A stretch of 64,000 bases of DNA, taken from positions 43,338,001 to 43,402,000 of the forward strand of contig NC_135902.1 of assembly GCF_964194155.1 (NCBI RefSeq), in the 5' to 3' direction. Position 1 is the stretch's first letter; the number at the start of each line of letters is the position of its first letter. Source of the DNA: Cetorhinus maximus. Its lineage: Eukaryota. This document shows positions 13,401 to 26,894 of this stretch, in pieces. The notes under the pieces were generated by a model. The model saw only the letters and a program-made list of their open reading frames with translations, was not told the origin of the DNA and searched no databases. The position numbers were made by a program, and so were the translations under genes.

Positions 13401-14102
13401 GGGTAGAATTTTCTGCCTACCCAGTGGGCGGGCCCGACCCAATCTCTGGCAGGCAGGGAGCCGATCCCCACTGGAGAAGCGGGCCCCGCTGCCCTTTTAA
13501 GTGGGTGGGCCAATTAAGGCCCGCCCAGTGTGACGTCCGGCGGGAAGTGCTATGCGCTTCCTGTGCAGGCGGGGAGGGGGGGGGGATTCCCCAAAGGCGA
13601 GAGTGCGGTCTTTCACGCATGCGCACGATAGAGCACACATCTCCCTGAGGCTGCACTTAGCCTCAGGGAGATCGCTGACAGTTGTACAAACATTAAAAAT
13701 AGAGAAAAAATTTTTTTAACATGTCCCCCTCATGTGACAATGTCACACGAGATGGGACATGTTAATAAATTTCACTAAAACTTTATTCAACTTTTTAAAT
13801 CCCTACATGAAACCTCATCCTGCCGGTGGATGAGGTTTCATGTTTTTTCTATTCCCCGCCGGGGCTCCTGGCCTGCCCGCCAACCTTAAGGTTGGACGGG
13901 CAGGTCCTTTAATTGTTTCAATGATCCTGTCAATGGCCTCAATTGGCCATTGACAGGTTGGCGGGCCCGCAGCTGATTTTGCTGCGCCCCCACCTTCCTG
14001 AAGATTTAAATGGGGCGGGATGACATCGGGGGTTCCCCTCAACGTCATCCCGCGTCGGCGAACAGACCCCGCCCCCTGCTCCCTGACAGCAAAATTCAGC
14101 CC
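13401..14102. mobile_element. PIF/Harbinger-type MITE
   Basis: TIR GGGTAGAATTTT / AAAATTCAGCCC with TAA TSD on both sides (13398-13400, 14103-14105). Confidence 0.88.
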
Positions 14103-14217
14103 TAAGTTTTTGATGTTCTGGTCAAATTGTGATATCCATGGTCCTCCGTGAAAGTGAATGGACTACATAAAGTTATAATGTGATTTCAGCTGTGTTCAAA
14201 TGTACAACTGAGGTTTT

Positions 14218-14588
14218 TAGCCTTGGCTAAGTGGGTGCCACTCTTGGCTGAATCAGGAAGTTATGGGTTCAAGACATCCTCAAGAGACTTCAGTGCATAA
14301 TCTAGGATGGCACTCGTGCAGTACCACAGGAGTGCTGAACTGTTGAAGGTGCTGGATGAGATGTTAAAGTGAGGTGGATGTAAAGAATCCAGTGGCACTT
14401 AAGGGAGTTCTCCTGATATGCTAGCCAATATTTATACCTCAACCAAGCTATGGGACTTTGCTCTATGCATTGCCTGCCTCATCTCCCTACACTACATCAA
14501 GGATTACACTTCAAATGTATTTCATTGGCTCTAGAATGCTTGGGATGTTCTGAGGCTGTGTAAAGATGTAATATCAAAGCCAATTCTA
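14218..14588 (+). mobile_element. Deu-domain tRNA-SINE (SacSINE1-like), degraded
   Basis: Same head/core/tail order as 2129-2545. Confidence 0.7.
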
Positions 14589-15449
14589 AGAAGATGTAAA
14601 CTCCTGAGCATGTCCTTTAGTATAGGTAAAGTTATTGTAATAGAACTTGTTTAGGGCTGGAACCAAACTACTTAGCATGCCTTCCAGAGATAGATCAATG
14701 CATCCTTAAACAAAGTCCACCCTTAAGCAAAGAGAGGTGAATTCTCTGACAGATGTGAGTATCCATATTTCATCAGGCATTTGCTTAAGTATTATGCCTG
14801 TCTGTAGCTCAACTGCCAAAGGTCACGTGATTTTCAGCTGCCATTGTGATGGTCTGTTTGTATCCAGTTTTATAATTTAAAAAATAGTCTGAAATTCGGA
14901 ATAGGACATTCCAGTACTGGACACAACACTATTACAACAATTTGCAGTGACACGCTGTTACTTTTAAAGGGACAAGTAAACTGAAGAGCAGTATCTGAAC
15001 GAGGCCAAGTTCAGATATTCAGAAAATGAACTTCAATTGTACCAATTCAGGATTCGAAATTCCATTCATTGGTTATATTTATTGAGTTCCTCCATAGCCT
15101 GCTCATATACTTTCTTTTGCTTAGGAACAGGTGTAGAGCATTAAGGCCCTCTAATCTAGTCTATTCCGCAAACTGACCCAGTGATAATTCTCCTGTGATA
15201 ATTATAGCTGTTTGATACAGTTTGAATGGAGATCTAACTAAATGTAGTGGCTTGTTACAGGATCCAAGCATATCCATAGGCTCGGAGCGAAATGAGACTT
15301 GTGAAGTATTTTAGGTGGTAGATTGGAGAAGGTTCAGTGCAGGTAGCAATGAAAAGTATAAAACTGAAAACAGCATTGCGTCTACTGGCTGTGCCTGAAC
15401 TATGCAGATTGGACAGTGTCTTCCCTCTGGAAATTTCTATCAGTAATTG

Positions 15450-18400
15450 TAGTAATCTAATATGTAATATACCTTTTAAGACAAGTGTTGTAATGTAAGA
15501 TCACATGATCCTAATGCCCAATAGCAGAGTAGCACAGGCTACCTCTGTGTGAGAGAGTCTTGAGTTAGACACTGAAGAGTGAAGACAGAGGTTTGAGTTG
15601 TGAGCATACAGATGTAGCTGCTGAGCTTAGTTTGTAAATAAACAACATGTGTTTATTCTAGCAATGGTCTCCTGATGTTCTGTCTCTGTACTGGCTCGGT
15701 CACCCTGAAACAAGCATACAACCCAGATCTTTTAGCCCCAACAAACCAAAGGGCACTGGATCCAACAAACTGGCAACGAGAGTAAAAGCATGAAAAGCCA
15801 AGGGAAAAACGAGGGAAAAATGAAGAAGAACGAAGGAAATCAGAAGAACCAAAATCGGGCCATACCTCGCACGGTAGTTGTAAGGAAAAGAACATTTCAG
15901 AGCATGCTGCAATTTGGAACAGCGGAGGTCTTTTGACTCAACCTTGGATAACTCGCCTCGCTATGTTCTTCCAGGCCAATGACATTGTGGGGGAGGGGGA
16001 GTGCGCGACTCTTCTGTTCATGTATGGGAGTAAGACATACGGATTAATTCGAAATCTGTTTGTGCCCAGTGCCATAGATTCAAAAGGTTTTGATGACTTA
16101 GTGAATCTCGTAAAGAATCATCAACCCAAGCCATCAGTGACCATACGGTTTAAATTCAACTCAAGAATTAGAGCTGCGGCGAAGACAGTTGCTTGCTATG
16201 TGGCAAGTCTGAAGCAATTTGCTGAATATTGCGAGTTTGGTACGTCTATCAATGATATGCTTAAAGATCATTTGGTGTGCGGTATAAACAAAAATGCAAT
16301 TCAGAAGAGGTCATTGGCTGAGGCAAATTTTAGATTTTCAGTAGGCATTGGAAATCGCTCTGGCAATGGAAGGTGCAGTGCGAGACTCAGTCACCATATG
16401 AGGCGCCGTCCTCCATGTTGAATGGGAAGCCTTAACCAAAAAGAGCGCAAAAGTGCAGAGCTTTACTCAAAAGCGGGAAGCAGCCACCGCGAGCAGACAA
16501 ATTAAAAGGGTAACCTAAAAAATCATGGCATAATAGAAATAGAGATGGAAGCAGACAACTTTGTAAGTTTAAAAAGATCAAATCTTTCTTCTGCCATCAA
16601 TATGAACACCTCATGAGGCATTGTAAAAATAGAATCAGGCAGACTAGCAGACAATAGCAAAAACCCAATGAGATAAACAGCATTGAAAAACCTGAAGTAA
16701 TAGATCCTGATATCTATTCATTGTATAATTTAAAGGTAGGAAGAATAGAGCCTATCAGAATGGAGGTGGATACTGGTGCAGCTGCTACAGTGATTGGTGA
16801 GCATACTTCTAAACACATGAATTATGGAGAACGTAAGCTGAATTTAGAAGAACCTGGTGATAAATTAAGAGCATGCATGGGAGAAAATATACAAGTCAAG
16901 GGCGTATGTAAAGTCACAGTACACAACGGAGCTCAAACAGTGAGATTACCCTTGATGGTAGTAGCAGGCAAGGGACCTAATTTCCTCCGATAAAATTGGC
17001 TGAAAGAAATTAAATCTTCCAACTGAGAACTAATGGACTTTCAGAGCTACAAAAATATGCCTCGAATTTCAGTTGGAAGAACTTGGGAAAATTGAGGGGC
17101 TACAAGCAAAAATTCATGTAAATTCAGAGGCAACACCAAGATTCATGAAGACAAGACTTTATGCAATGCGGGATAAGGTAGACGCCAAATTGGATAGTTT
17201 AGAAAAACTGGGAGCGATACAAACAGTACAATTTTCAGAAAGGGCAGTTCCAGTTGTACCTGTTCTAAAACCTGACCGAAGTATTTGAATATTCGAGGAC
17301 TATAAATTAATAGTCAATAAAGTTGCAAAATTGGATAGACACCCCATACCTAAAATTGAAGATTAATATGCTAAATTAGTAGATGGAACGGTTTACACAA
17401 AGTTAGATTAAGTCACGCCTACCAGCAATTGGAATTAGAGCAGGCATCCCAGAAGTTTGTCACCATAAATATACAAGGGATCGTATCAATACAAATGTTT
17501 ACCTTTTGGCGTGTCTTCTTGCATCTTATTTCAAAGAACAATGGAAGGTTTATTACAGGGATTGCCCCGTGTTGTAGTTTAATTGGATGATGTTCTCGTG
17601 ACTGGACTCACTGAAAAAGAACACTTGATGAACTTGGAAGAAGTTCTAAAACATTTTTCGCAGCTGGGAGTGCGATTGAAAAAGGACAAGTGCACATTCC
17701 AGGCAAAAGAGGCAACTTACCTAGGTCACAAGGTAGATTCACAAAGCCTACATCCACTTGAAGAAAAAGTGAAAGCAATTAAAGAAGCCCCAGCGCCAAA
17801 GAATACAGCTGAATTGAAATCATTCTTGGGAATGATTAATTACTATGGACACTTATTGCCTAATTTGCTGATAGAACTGGCACCATTGTTTTGCTTGCTC
17901 ATGAAAAACCCGATGGCAAACAACACAAGAGGGAGCTTTCGCAAAAGTGAAACAGTTGTTACAATCATCCACACTTCCAGTACATTTTGACACCAAAAAA
18001 GAGTTGATATTAACATGTGACGCATCACCTATGAAGCGGGAGTGGTGCTTTCCCATCGAATGGATGATGGATCCGAAAGACCTATAGCATATGTGTCAGG
18101 AACACTCAGTACTGCAGAGAAGAAGTACTCTCAAATTGAAAAAGAAGGCCTGGCAATCATTTTCGGTGTTAAAAAGTTTCATCAACATGTACATGGTTGT
18201 CACTTTACTGTCATAACGGACCCGCTAGCTATTATTAGGACTATTCAGGGAAAACAAGTCTATACCCCCTATAGCATCAACAAGAGTACAAAGACGGGCA
18301 TTGATCTTGGCAGCTTATGAAGTCAAATTGCAAACGCAGATGCATTCAGTCGTTTACCCTTGCAAGTAAAAGATGACACTGTTCCAATTCCTCAGGAATT

Positions 18401-19505
18401 CATGTTGTTATTGAACTTCCTGGACTCTAACCAATATATGCAAGACAAATTAAAGATTGGACATACCGAGACACAATTTTATCCAAAGTGAGAAATCAAG
18501 TCCTACATGGTTGGCCACAAAAAACAAGAATCTGATTAAATGAAACCTTATTTCCAGGGAAGATACGAGATAACCAGCCAAGAAGGTATTTATTGTGGAG
18601 AGTTCACGGGACTGTTCCTCAAAGCATGAAAGCCATTGTTATCCGAACTTCACAGTGCACCGATTTTCCAAAATGAAGGCAAGAGCACGTAGGTACATGT
18701 GTAGCCGGGAATGGATGGAGAAATAGAAAACTTAGTGAGAAGTTGAATGCAGTGTCAACAAGTACAAAAATTACCTGCAACAGCCCCGTTACACCCCTGG
18801 GAGTGGCCAGGAAGGCCATGGATACAAGTACACATTGGGGAGATCGGGCAGGAGCGGGCACAGGCAGGCGCTCAGCCGATCACAGCCTGCGATCAGCTGT
18901 GCGCCGCCATTTTATGTGGGCGGGCCTTTCCAGCGTGGCGCGCACCCAGAAGCACTGACCACTCCCTGTGCGGACGGGAGGGGGGAGTAGGCTGAGTCGG
19001 GGCCTGCGCTCTTTCACAAACGCATGCGAAAAAGCGCAGAAATCTTCCTGAGGCACAGAGCTGCCTCAGGAAGATTAGTTTGATTTTTTTTTTAAAGAAA
19101 AAATTTAAGACAATTCCCCTCATGTGACAGAGTCACATGAGCGGGGACATGTCAATGAACTTTAATAAAATGTTTTATTCAATTTATAAACATTTCATGA
19201 AACCTCATCCCACCTGTGGTTGAGGTTTCATGATAAATGCGAAGGCCGCCTGGGCTCCTCCTTAAGGTTGGACGAGTGGCTCTGTTAAGTATTTCAATTG
19301 ATATTTAAATGGCCTTAATAAGCCTTTGACAGTTCGGGCGTGCAGCCAACTCCGGTGCACGCCCGCCAAACTGAAAATCGGAATGATGCGCGGTGCCGTA
19401 GGGACGCACGCCCAACATCACTGCGTGTCATTTTACGCATCGGCAAGTGGGGCCTGCCCCCACTCACTGAGCCGAAGATTCTGGCCATTGATTTATGTGG
19501 GACCT
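15450..19505 (+). mobile_element. Decayed Gypsy/Ty3 LTR retrotransposon (5' LTR, PBS, gag, PR, RT, RNase H, truncated IN)
   Basis: LTR ends ...CCAACA at 15767; PBS TGGCAACGAG at 15771 (one mismatch to tRNA-Ser(GCU) TGGCGACGAG). gag RFKFNSR...LKDHLVCG, protease EVDTGAA, RT LDDVLV, RNase H ERPIAYVS..LS.AEKKYSQIEKEGLAIIFG, IN CQQVQK...LHPWEWPGRPW.QVHI. Many stops and frameshifts; no 3' LTR seen. Confidence 0.92.
18837..19486. mobile_element. PIF/Harbinger-type MITE inserted in the Gypsy integrase
   Basis: Splits the integrase VHI|D..GP motif. ATT duplicated at 18834-18836 and 19487-19489. Body homologous to 13401-14102; left TIR eroded. Confidence 0.85.
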
Positions 19506-20189
19506 TTAATGTCCCAGCCATCACTGAACGGACCATTCTTCCCTGTGATGAGCTAGGAAGAACATATCAATGCCTTCTGTATAGCCATTGCCCTGGTAGC
19601 CCTTCTGCCTCCGCCTGAAAGGTAGCTTTATAGAAATGTAAATGGTAAGAGCCAGTTACAAGTTTCAGTACATCTTTGAAGTAATTCTTGACATCAGCAG
19701 TGTGAAATTCCATAGGAGGTGGGTTGGTATGTCTTAACTGTAATCCACATTGGAAACTTCAATAACTGAAGAACTTGTAGTACCAGACATGTCAAATGAC
19801 TGGTGGCAGCCATCTTAAGTCAGTGCCTTTGCTTGTTTTTTTAAACATCCCTTTAAAGCAGTTCAGCCAATGATATTAAAGATTAATATTACACATGCCC
19901 TCAAGACATCATCATGACAATGTAAGTTCCAGATATATGTCTGTTTGAGAATACGATAGACAATTATAAAGGTAAAGATAGACACAGATGGCGACATTAC
20001 CTATGATAGATCCTATCTGGTTGAGATTGGATGTTTGTTCTGTCAAATATGACTGGTTGTTGGGATCTGGAATGTTCTACCTGAAAAGGGGGTCAAAACT
20101 GATGCCATAAATAATTTTGAAAGGGAATTGGAAAGATTTTAATTGTTCCACAATTGGTGGTCATTATTTTAATTAACATAATTGCATAA

Positions 20190-21210
20190 CAAGCCAGAAC
20201 TGGAGGAGCGCAGATACCTTGGAGGATTATGAGGCTGGAGGAGATTACAGAGATCGGGAGAGGTGAAACTCTGGAAGGGGTTTGAAAACGAGGAAAAGAA
20301 TTTTAAAATCGAGGCATTGCTTAACCACGGGTCAATGTAGGTCAGCGAGTACAAGGGTGATAGGTGAAATGGCCTTGGTGAGAGCTAGGATAGAGGCAGC
20401 AGAGTTTTGGATGACCTCAAGTTTTCTGAGGGCTGTATCTTTGGCTCGGCAAGATGGGCGGGGCCCGCTCGCCGAGGTGTAAAATGACACACAGTGATGT
20501 CAGGCGTGCGCCCCAACGCCCCAACATTCAGACTTTCAGTTCAGCTGGCGCGCACCCAAGTTGGCTGCATGCCCGCCGAACTGTCAAAGGCCTATTAAGG
20601 CCATTTAACTCTGAATTAAAATAATTAACGGAGCTGCCCTTCCAACCTTAAGGTTGGCGGGCAGGCGAAGAGCCCAGGCGACCTTTGCATTTTTCATGGA
20701 ACCTCATCCATGGGCGGGATGAGGTTTCATGAATGATTTTAAATTCTGACAAAAATTTTTATTGAAATTAATGCACATGTCCCAGCTCATGTGATAGTTT
20801 CACATGAGGGGACATGTCATAAAAATGTTCTCACCACATTATTAAACTTTTTGGGCTTAAAACTAATCTCCCTGAGGCGCCTCTGTGCCTCAGGGAGATT
20901 TCTGCGCTCTTTCACACGCATGCACGAAAGAGCGCACTCCCGACTCAGGCAACTCCACCTCCCCCTGCCCGCACAGGGAGCACACAGCACTTCCAGGTGC
21001 GCGTCACACTAGGCGTGTCTTAATTGGACCGCCCACATAAAATGGCGGCGCGGACCCGATCAGGGGCACCGATCGGGTCTGCGCCCGCTCCTGCACCACC
21101 CGCCCAACAGGCAGAAAAATCTGCCCTGGGGGTAGAAAATGGTAGATCAGCCAGGAGTATGTTGGACTAGTCAAATCTAGAGATAACAAAGGCATGGAAT
21201 GGGACTTCTA
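20190..21210 (-). mobile_element. L2 LINE ORF2 3' fragment split by a MITE
   Basis: Minus strand encodes HAFVISR.D.SN.LLA, KLEVIQNSAA and PITLVLADLH-type L2 C-terminal motifs. Confidence 0.8.
20430..21126. mobile_element. PIF/Harbinger-type MITE (opposite orientation to the 13401 copy)
   Basis: GGGCTGTATCTT / AAAATCTGCCC ends, flanks TGA/TGG, reverse-complement homology to 13401-14102. Confidence 0.82.
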
Positions 21211-21990
21211 AGCAACAGGAATAACAGGGATAAAAAAGATGTCTTTGCCCTTCACAATTCAGCAGTTCTAAACTCTTGTAACATAAACAGAGTGGAGCTC
21301 AGGGCTTAAGTTTGGTTGTCATGTGGAATAACTTACACTTCATTACAATGCTAATGCAGTACTTTGAAACTCTGACAAAAATAATAGGCTCCTTATTAAA
21401 ACCATAATGGTTCTAAGTTCCAAATCTTGAATTTTATATCTTAAACGTCAATGCCAAATTTAACCATTCAATGTATGATAGTTCAGGTCAACAGCCCAAG
21501 TGAAACAGTTAATTGAACAGGAGGGAAGCAACATTCTTTTTGGCAATAAAAAAATTTCAGAATTTGGAACTTCTGGACGTTATGCATTAATAAGAGACCC
21601 ATTCGTTGTCAGATTTGAAAGAGGTGATTAAAATTGAATGGCCTTCTTCACAATGTTTTATATTTTGCTGTCATTTCTATAGTATGTAATATCATACTTA
21701 ATTTTACACCAAAGAATCAATTTTTTTCAAATGCCCAAGGTCCTGCTGTTGTTTTCTAAATCTGGCATGTAACATTCACAGTGACAGCTTTTACAACAGT
21801 CATCTGGCTGATGGCAAATTGCTTGCACCAGCATATTTTCAGCTGATTAAAAGTTGCTTGAAGGAACAAATTATATATTGTGTTTTACTTGCAGTATCAT
21901 GCAAATCAGAGAGCAATGTGGCCTGTACTTGTTGGTTAATCCATGGCATTTTATGCTTCTACAAATCCAACCCCCAAAACTCTTGGAAAA

Positions 21991-22086
21991 GCTGACGAAA
22001 AGTTACCAGACCTGAAATATTAACTCTGTTTCTCTCCAAAGATGCTGCCTGGCCTGCTGAGTATTTCCAGCACTTTCTGTTTTTAA
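21991..22086 (+). mobile_element. Penelope-like element terminal (pLTR) fragment with a minimal hammerhead-like core
   Basis: CTGACGA-stem-GAAA (21992-22017) followed by ctctgtttctctcc...gatgctgcc...cctgctgagtatttccagca, the same motif as 47316-47675. Confidence 0.65.
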
Positions 22087-22095
22087 TCCAGAACC

Positions 22096-22871
22096 CGCCA
22101 TCAACATTATGAATGAATGAAGTGATAAGGTGCATTATTTTAATGATGTTAGCGTGGCCAGAGCTAAAAGATTAAGGAGGTTGCAAGTTTCTGAAGGATA
22201 TGGTAAAGTGGAGTCGAGACTTGGGTTCACTGAGTTCAAGAAAGGTTTGAAAACAAGAGGTCATGAGGGACCTCAAATGGGAGGTGAGGGAGCAAGGGCA
22301 CTGATTGTTAATACATGGAAAAGTAAGGCTGGTGAATGGAAAAATAAGGCTAATAAATACAGACTGTTCTTTTCCTGCACACAGACAGTAGACAGTCAGA
22401 CAAAGACCCAGCGCAGACAGCAGACAGTCAGGCACAGACAGCAGGCAGTCAGACACAGACCCAGTGCACACAACAGATGGTCAGACATAGACATGGACCC
22501 AGCAGAGAGAGCAGTCTGTGAGGCCCATGCACTTGGGTCAGAGTTGAGAATGAAATGCATGCAATTGAAGCGTCAAGATAAAAAATATGCCAAAGTAATG
22601 GAATATAAACATATAGCAGAAACCTTATCCATTTACTAGCCTTATTTTTCCATCTATTAACAATCAGTGTCCTTGCTCCCTCACCTCCCATTTGAGGTCC
22701 CGAGTGGTCTCTTGTTTCCAAATCTTTCTCGAACTCAATGAACCCAAGTTTTTCCTCTACTTTTCCCTGCCCTTCGGAAACCTGCAGCCTCTTACTGCTT
22801 TATTTCTAGTCACACTTACATCTTTAATGTAATACACTTTCTCACATCATTCATTCCAATAATGATAACGG
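22096..22871. repeat. Long imperfect inverted repeat (foldback-like element), ~245-bp arms with ~285-bp spacer
   Basis: 22096-22340 is the reverse complement of 22628-22871 (e.g. gggacctcaaatgggaggtgagggagcaagg vs ccttgctccctcacctcccatttgaggtccc). Confidence 0.85.
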
Positions 22872-25529
22872 AACCACGGAGATCGGAGGATAGATTTGTA
22901 GAAGCATAAAGCCCTACACTACTGTCATGTAACATTCTGTACGTGCAGCCAGCCAGCCACAGGTTCGCTCCCTGGTGTTCTAACAGTGGATCAAACTACT
23001 GTTCATTAAGTGATCGTAAAATGGGTAAGCATTGTTCTCAATACTCTATAACTGCATTTAGTATGTTAATAAAAACGCCTCTCAGGAATGCTCACTGTTT
23101 TAACCTAGTGCCAATTTTACTAAGTTATTTTAATAGGTCATGTGGAGAGGAAAGTTTGTCTCATTACAAGTTTGTTCCTCCTAAAACAAACTTCACCAAA
23201 TACTCCTAATGCCACTCATGTAAATCTAGCTGTTTAGTGTTTAATATTTTACATAACCTGCAGTTGCTGCTATTTTAACCTTTACACTCCTGGACGGTTC
23301 TCTCTCATCAATTCCATTTAAGCGAACAGCCTCTTTGCCATGGGATTACATTTGCTTATTTGGTTTTGAAATATTAACATTACAGCAAATCCTAAACCCT
23401 GAATACCACTGCCTTGGAGTCATGACCGTTTGCTTTAAAACTTGTGATGTTTTACTTGAAATTGATACATATTCTTTTCAGAGAATGGGCCACGGCTTCC
23501 CAGCTACTTATTGTCAAGTATTTCACAATGAAATGTGAGCCATTTGCAGATATGTGATTAACAAAAACATTTCCTATGTGCTTGTGCTGTGTGCTTTTTC
23601 TTATTTGACATTTGCAATTGTTTAGTTAGCTGCTATAAAAGTAGCCATCAGAGGGAACAGTGCATGAATTAGAAATGGCTAGAAACCGGGTTTAGGTGTT
23701 TACAGCAGAGTAAAAGATTTGACTTGATTATTGAGAATGTTCTTTCAGGACACTGTTCAGTTATTCTTTTCAATGCTGTCTCAACCCAGAATCAGAGTAT
23801 AGACAGTAAACACACTAATCATTAATTTTTCATGACAAATTTAAACAACTAAATGTTATTTGGCACACAAAAAAAACATCTCCTCATATCATTCCAACTA
23901 TGAAATCTAATTTGTGCTTAGGATTCCAAAATATCTATAAATATCTTGCCTTTTATTGAAGATTAAATCACATAGTGAATAAAGAAGCCAATTCGATTAC
24001 CCTGCGTCAAAGCCCTGTTTCCTCCCACTAAACAACAAACAAAACAGGAAAAGCAGCAATCGCATTAATAGTTACTGTGGCAACTCAATATTATGTAAGT
24101 ACGAACTGCATCCATTTTTACTGATTTTTTTTCCAGTGTAATTGAATGTGACTGAAACTAAGGCTACAGCTTGTCTATGTATAATGCCCTACCCCATTCT
24201 CACAATGCTTAATCGCACTTTGCAATCAACAATATTCTTCGAAGTGCATTAAGGGTTATGCTTTCCTTTATTTGATGGAGTGTGGGTTAATGTTAATAGC
24301 CACTTACTTGGTATAAATACTGAGCACTCCCTTCATGCAGCTACTGGGCGCTCAAAATTATATGGTAAAGATACAGAAAAATTGATTTGTTCTCTGATCG
24401 TGACATAAGGCTCTTGCAGGTTTCCTAGCCAAGAAAAGGGTAGACCTTTCTGGTACAGACCATTAGCCTAAAAATAAGCAACAGAGATAAAAAGTTTGGC
24501 AGGACATCACAGAGCTGAAACATTGAGTGGAGCTGGGACATTTTTAATACAGGGATGAAGGACACATAGGAAATTAAAGATAAGTTTGAGTACAAAACAA
24601 TGCCATTAAAAATACACAAAATTGGGTGGCGCCAGACTAATTTTACATGCATAAAATATGCGCTCGAGTGTCAATGGCAGGCGCATGCACTTTCTGCTCC
24701 AGTAGTATGCCACCTGCCATATTGGTGCAAAAAAGTGGCAGCCAGAGTTGGCACTTGAAACATATGCAAATTGGGGGCCAAACACCTATTTGAAGTTTAA
24801 TTTATGGGCATAAACTGGCACACGGATGATGGATCCATCCAGGGGAAATAATTCTCTTCATTGGAACCAGAATGGTGAAGTTAATGGAGGTGAGGTTCTC
24901 TTTGGCATTGGGTCTGATACTGTTGGTCATCTGTACACACCAGCTAATATTTACCATTGTAATCATTGGCTATGATTTTCACCAAGCTATAGCTGTGTGT
25001 CCATATTTGATAGTTGCTGTAGTTTCCATAGCAGGTCATGCCTATGGTTATCTGAAACCTATGCCAGTATGTATGGCAACACTACAATAGGGCACCTAGG
25101 CTTAACAATTATCCTTTTATAATGATATCAGCTACTAGAATATACAACCTAACAATCAATCAGATGTTTGGAAATAACAGTCCTTCCTTGACTTTGATAA
25201 TGAAAAATAACATTTAGATGATACAGATTTCCAATCCACAGAGGTCATAACATTTTAAGGCTGTGTTTTAATGATATGCAAAACCATTTCCATTATAACC
25301 TTGCCTCGAAGGACTAAGGGCAATCTGAAAATAATGCAGCAAAACCCACACCTCGTGGGGAAGGCTGTTAACTTAGGGTATAATTACCTTCCTACTAGCA
25401 TATCTCATTTTAATGGTTAACTCATGGAATATACTTAATTCCATGCATGTTAACCCACACAACAAGCAGGTAGTCCTTGCAATTTGGTCAGAACAGTTGA
25501 CACAAGTAAAAAGAAGCATTAAACAGATA

Positions 25530-25785
25530 CCCTGACTGCCCTCTGGGTGGACTTGATGAATCCCATGGCACTATTTCGAAGGAGACTTGTCCGCGATACC
25601 CTAGTCAATATTTATCCCTCATCCAACAGATTATCTAGCCAATATAACATTGCAATTGTGTACAAAATTAGCTGCTGCATTTCCAACATTACAATAGCAA
25701 CTACATTTCAAAAGCTATTTTAAGTGCTTTGGGATGTTCTGAGGTCATGAAAGGTGCTATATGAATGCAAATCTTTTTTCTTTTT
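25530..25785 (+). mobile_element. Deu-SINE 3' half
   Basis: Core atcccatggcactatttcgaa and L2-type tail gctttgggatgttctgaggtcatgaaaggtgctata. Confidence 0.7.
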
Positions 25786-26894
25786 TTCTAAATTAATAAG
25801 TAAATTTCGCACACTGAACATTTCTGGTTAGAGAGAAGAGTCATTACTTTCAGTACAAATTTGACCTTCTGATCACTTGTAAAGGAACAAAGAGCAAGTT
25901 TATAACCAACCATTTGGTAATAAATATGAAACTATGCAGACTCACTTGGTCCTAGTTTCATGACCAGCTATGTCTGGTCAATTCAGCAAACTACAAATGA
26001 GCTCAGAATTTCATTTAATTTTAAATGTAATTTAATTATTTGTAAAGAAGAGAAGGAATCATTCCAGCACTTAAATATAATCAAGGGACCGGAGTGCAGG
26101 CAGTTCAATACAAGCTCTGGTTTACCAGCAGAGCCCTAAGATTATTAATAAAGTTGCCTTGTCTTTTAGTTAAAGTTGCCAGTCAGAGCTTCATAAGGCA
26201 GTCTACAGCACATTTTTGACATAGTGATTTTTGCAAATCTGCTCAAAGTTTCCTTTCGGAATATGAAAAAGATGTTTTGGGCTGAAAGAGAGTTTGCACA
26301 ACCATTGCTAAATGAACGCTGTCTGTTACCAGCTCAGAGAGTACAGTGCTTCTAGTACAATGTCTTTATTAGAACAGAATGTAAAATGGCTGCCCCAGCC
26401 TGTGCCTCATGGCATAAGTCACATGACTACAGCAGGCCAGGAAGGACCTTTAGTACAAGACTGCATTTCAATTTCAAACATCGTCAGCCTTGTTTTTATA
26501 TAGTTTTTTTCTGACAAATCCTATTATTTGATGCTTGCCACAAAAGTAGCAAATTAAGAATGGGAGCAATGAAAAATGGAGATGTTGAGGAGGTTTCATT
26601 TTAATTGTACCTATATGGGATATTTACTGTTAGCACTTTCTAAGAGCCACATATCATGTCATGCAACTTACAGACTTTGCTTTATAAAAATGGGTTATGC
26701 GATGGAGGTGATGATGCAGCCAACTCTGTTGGCATTTTTACCTTCAACATGATTTGGGGTGGTTTAGACAGTGGATTTTTCACATGCCTTTTTATGAAGA
26801 ATGTGTTCTTGATATGATCCTGCATTCTATGAAATGTGTAAATCATAGAACAGGTCCATTGGCAGAGGTGAGGAGTGCCGAATAAATCAGAGAT

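Noticed and set aside
15904-18836. Active or domesticated Gypsy gag-pol
   Set aside because: Numerous stops and frameshifts, a MITE in the integrase, and no 3' LTR.
22130-22639. 169-aa ORF
   Set aside because: Starts at GTG, is made of one arm of the inverted repeat plus low-complexity CAGACA repeats, and has no recognisable domain.
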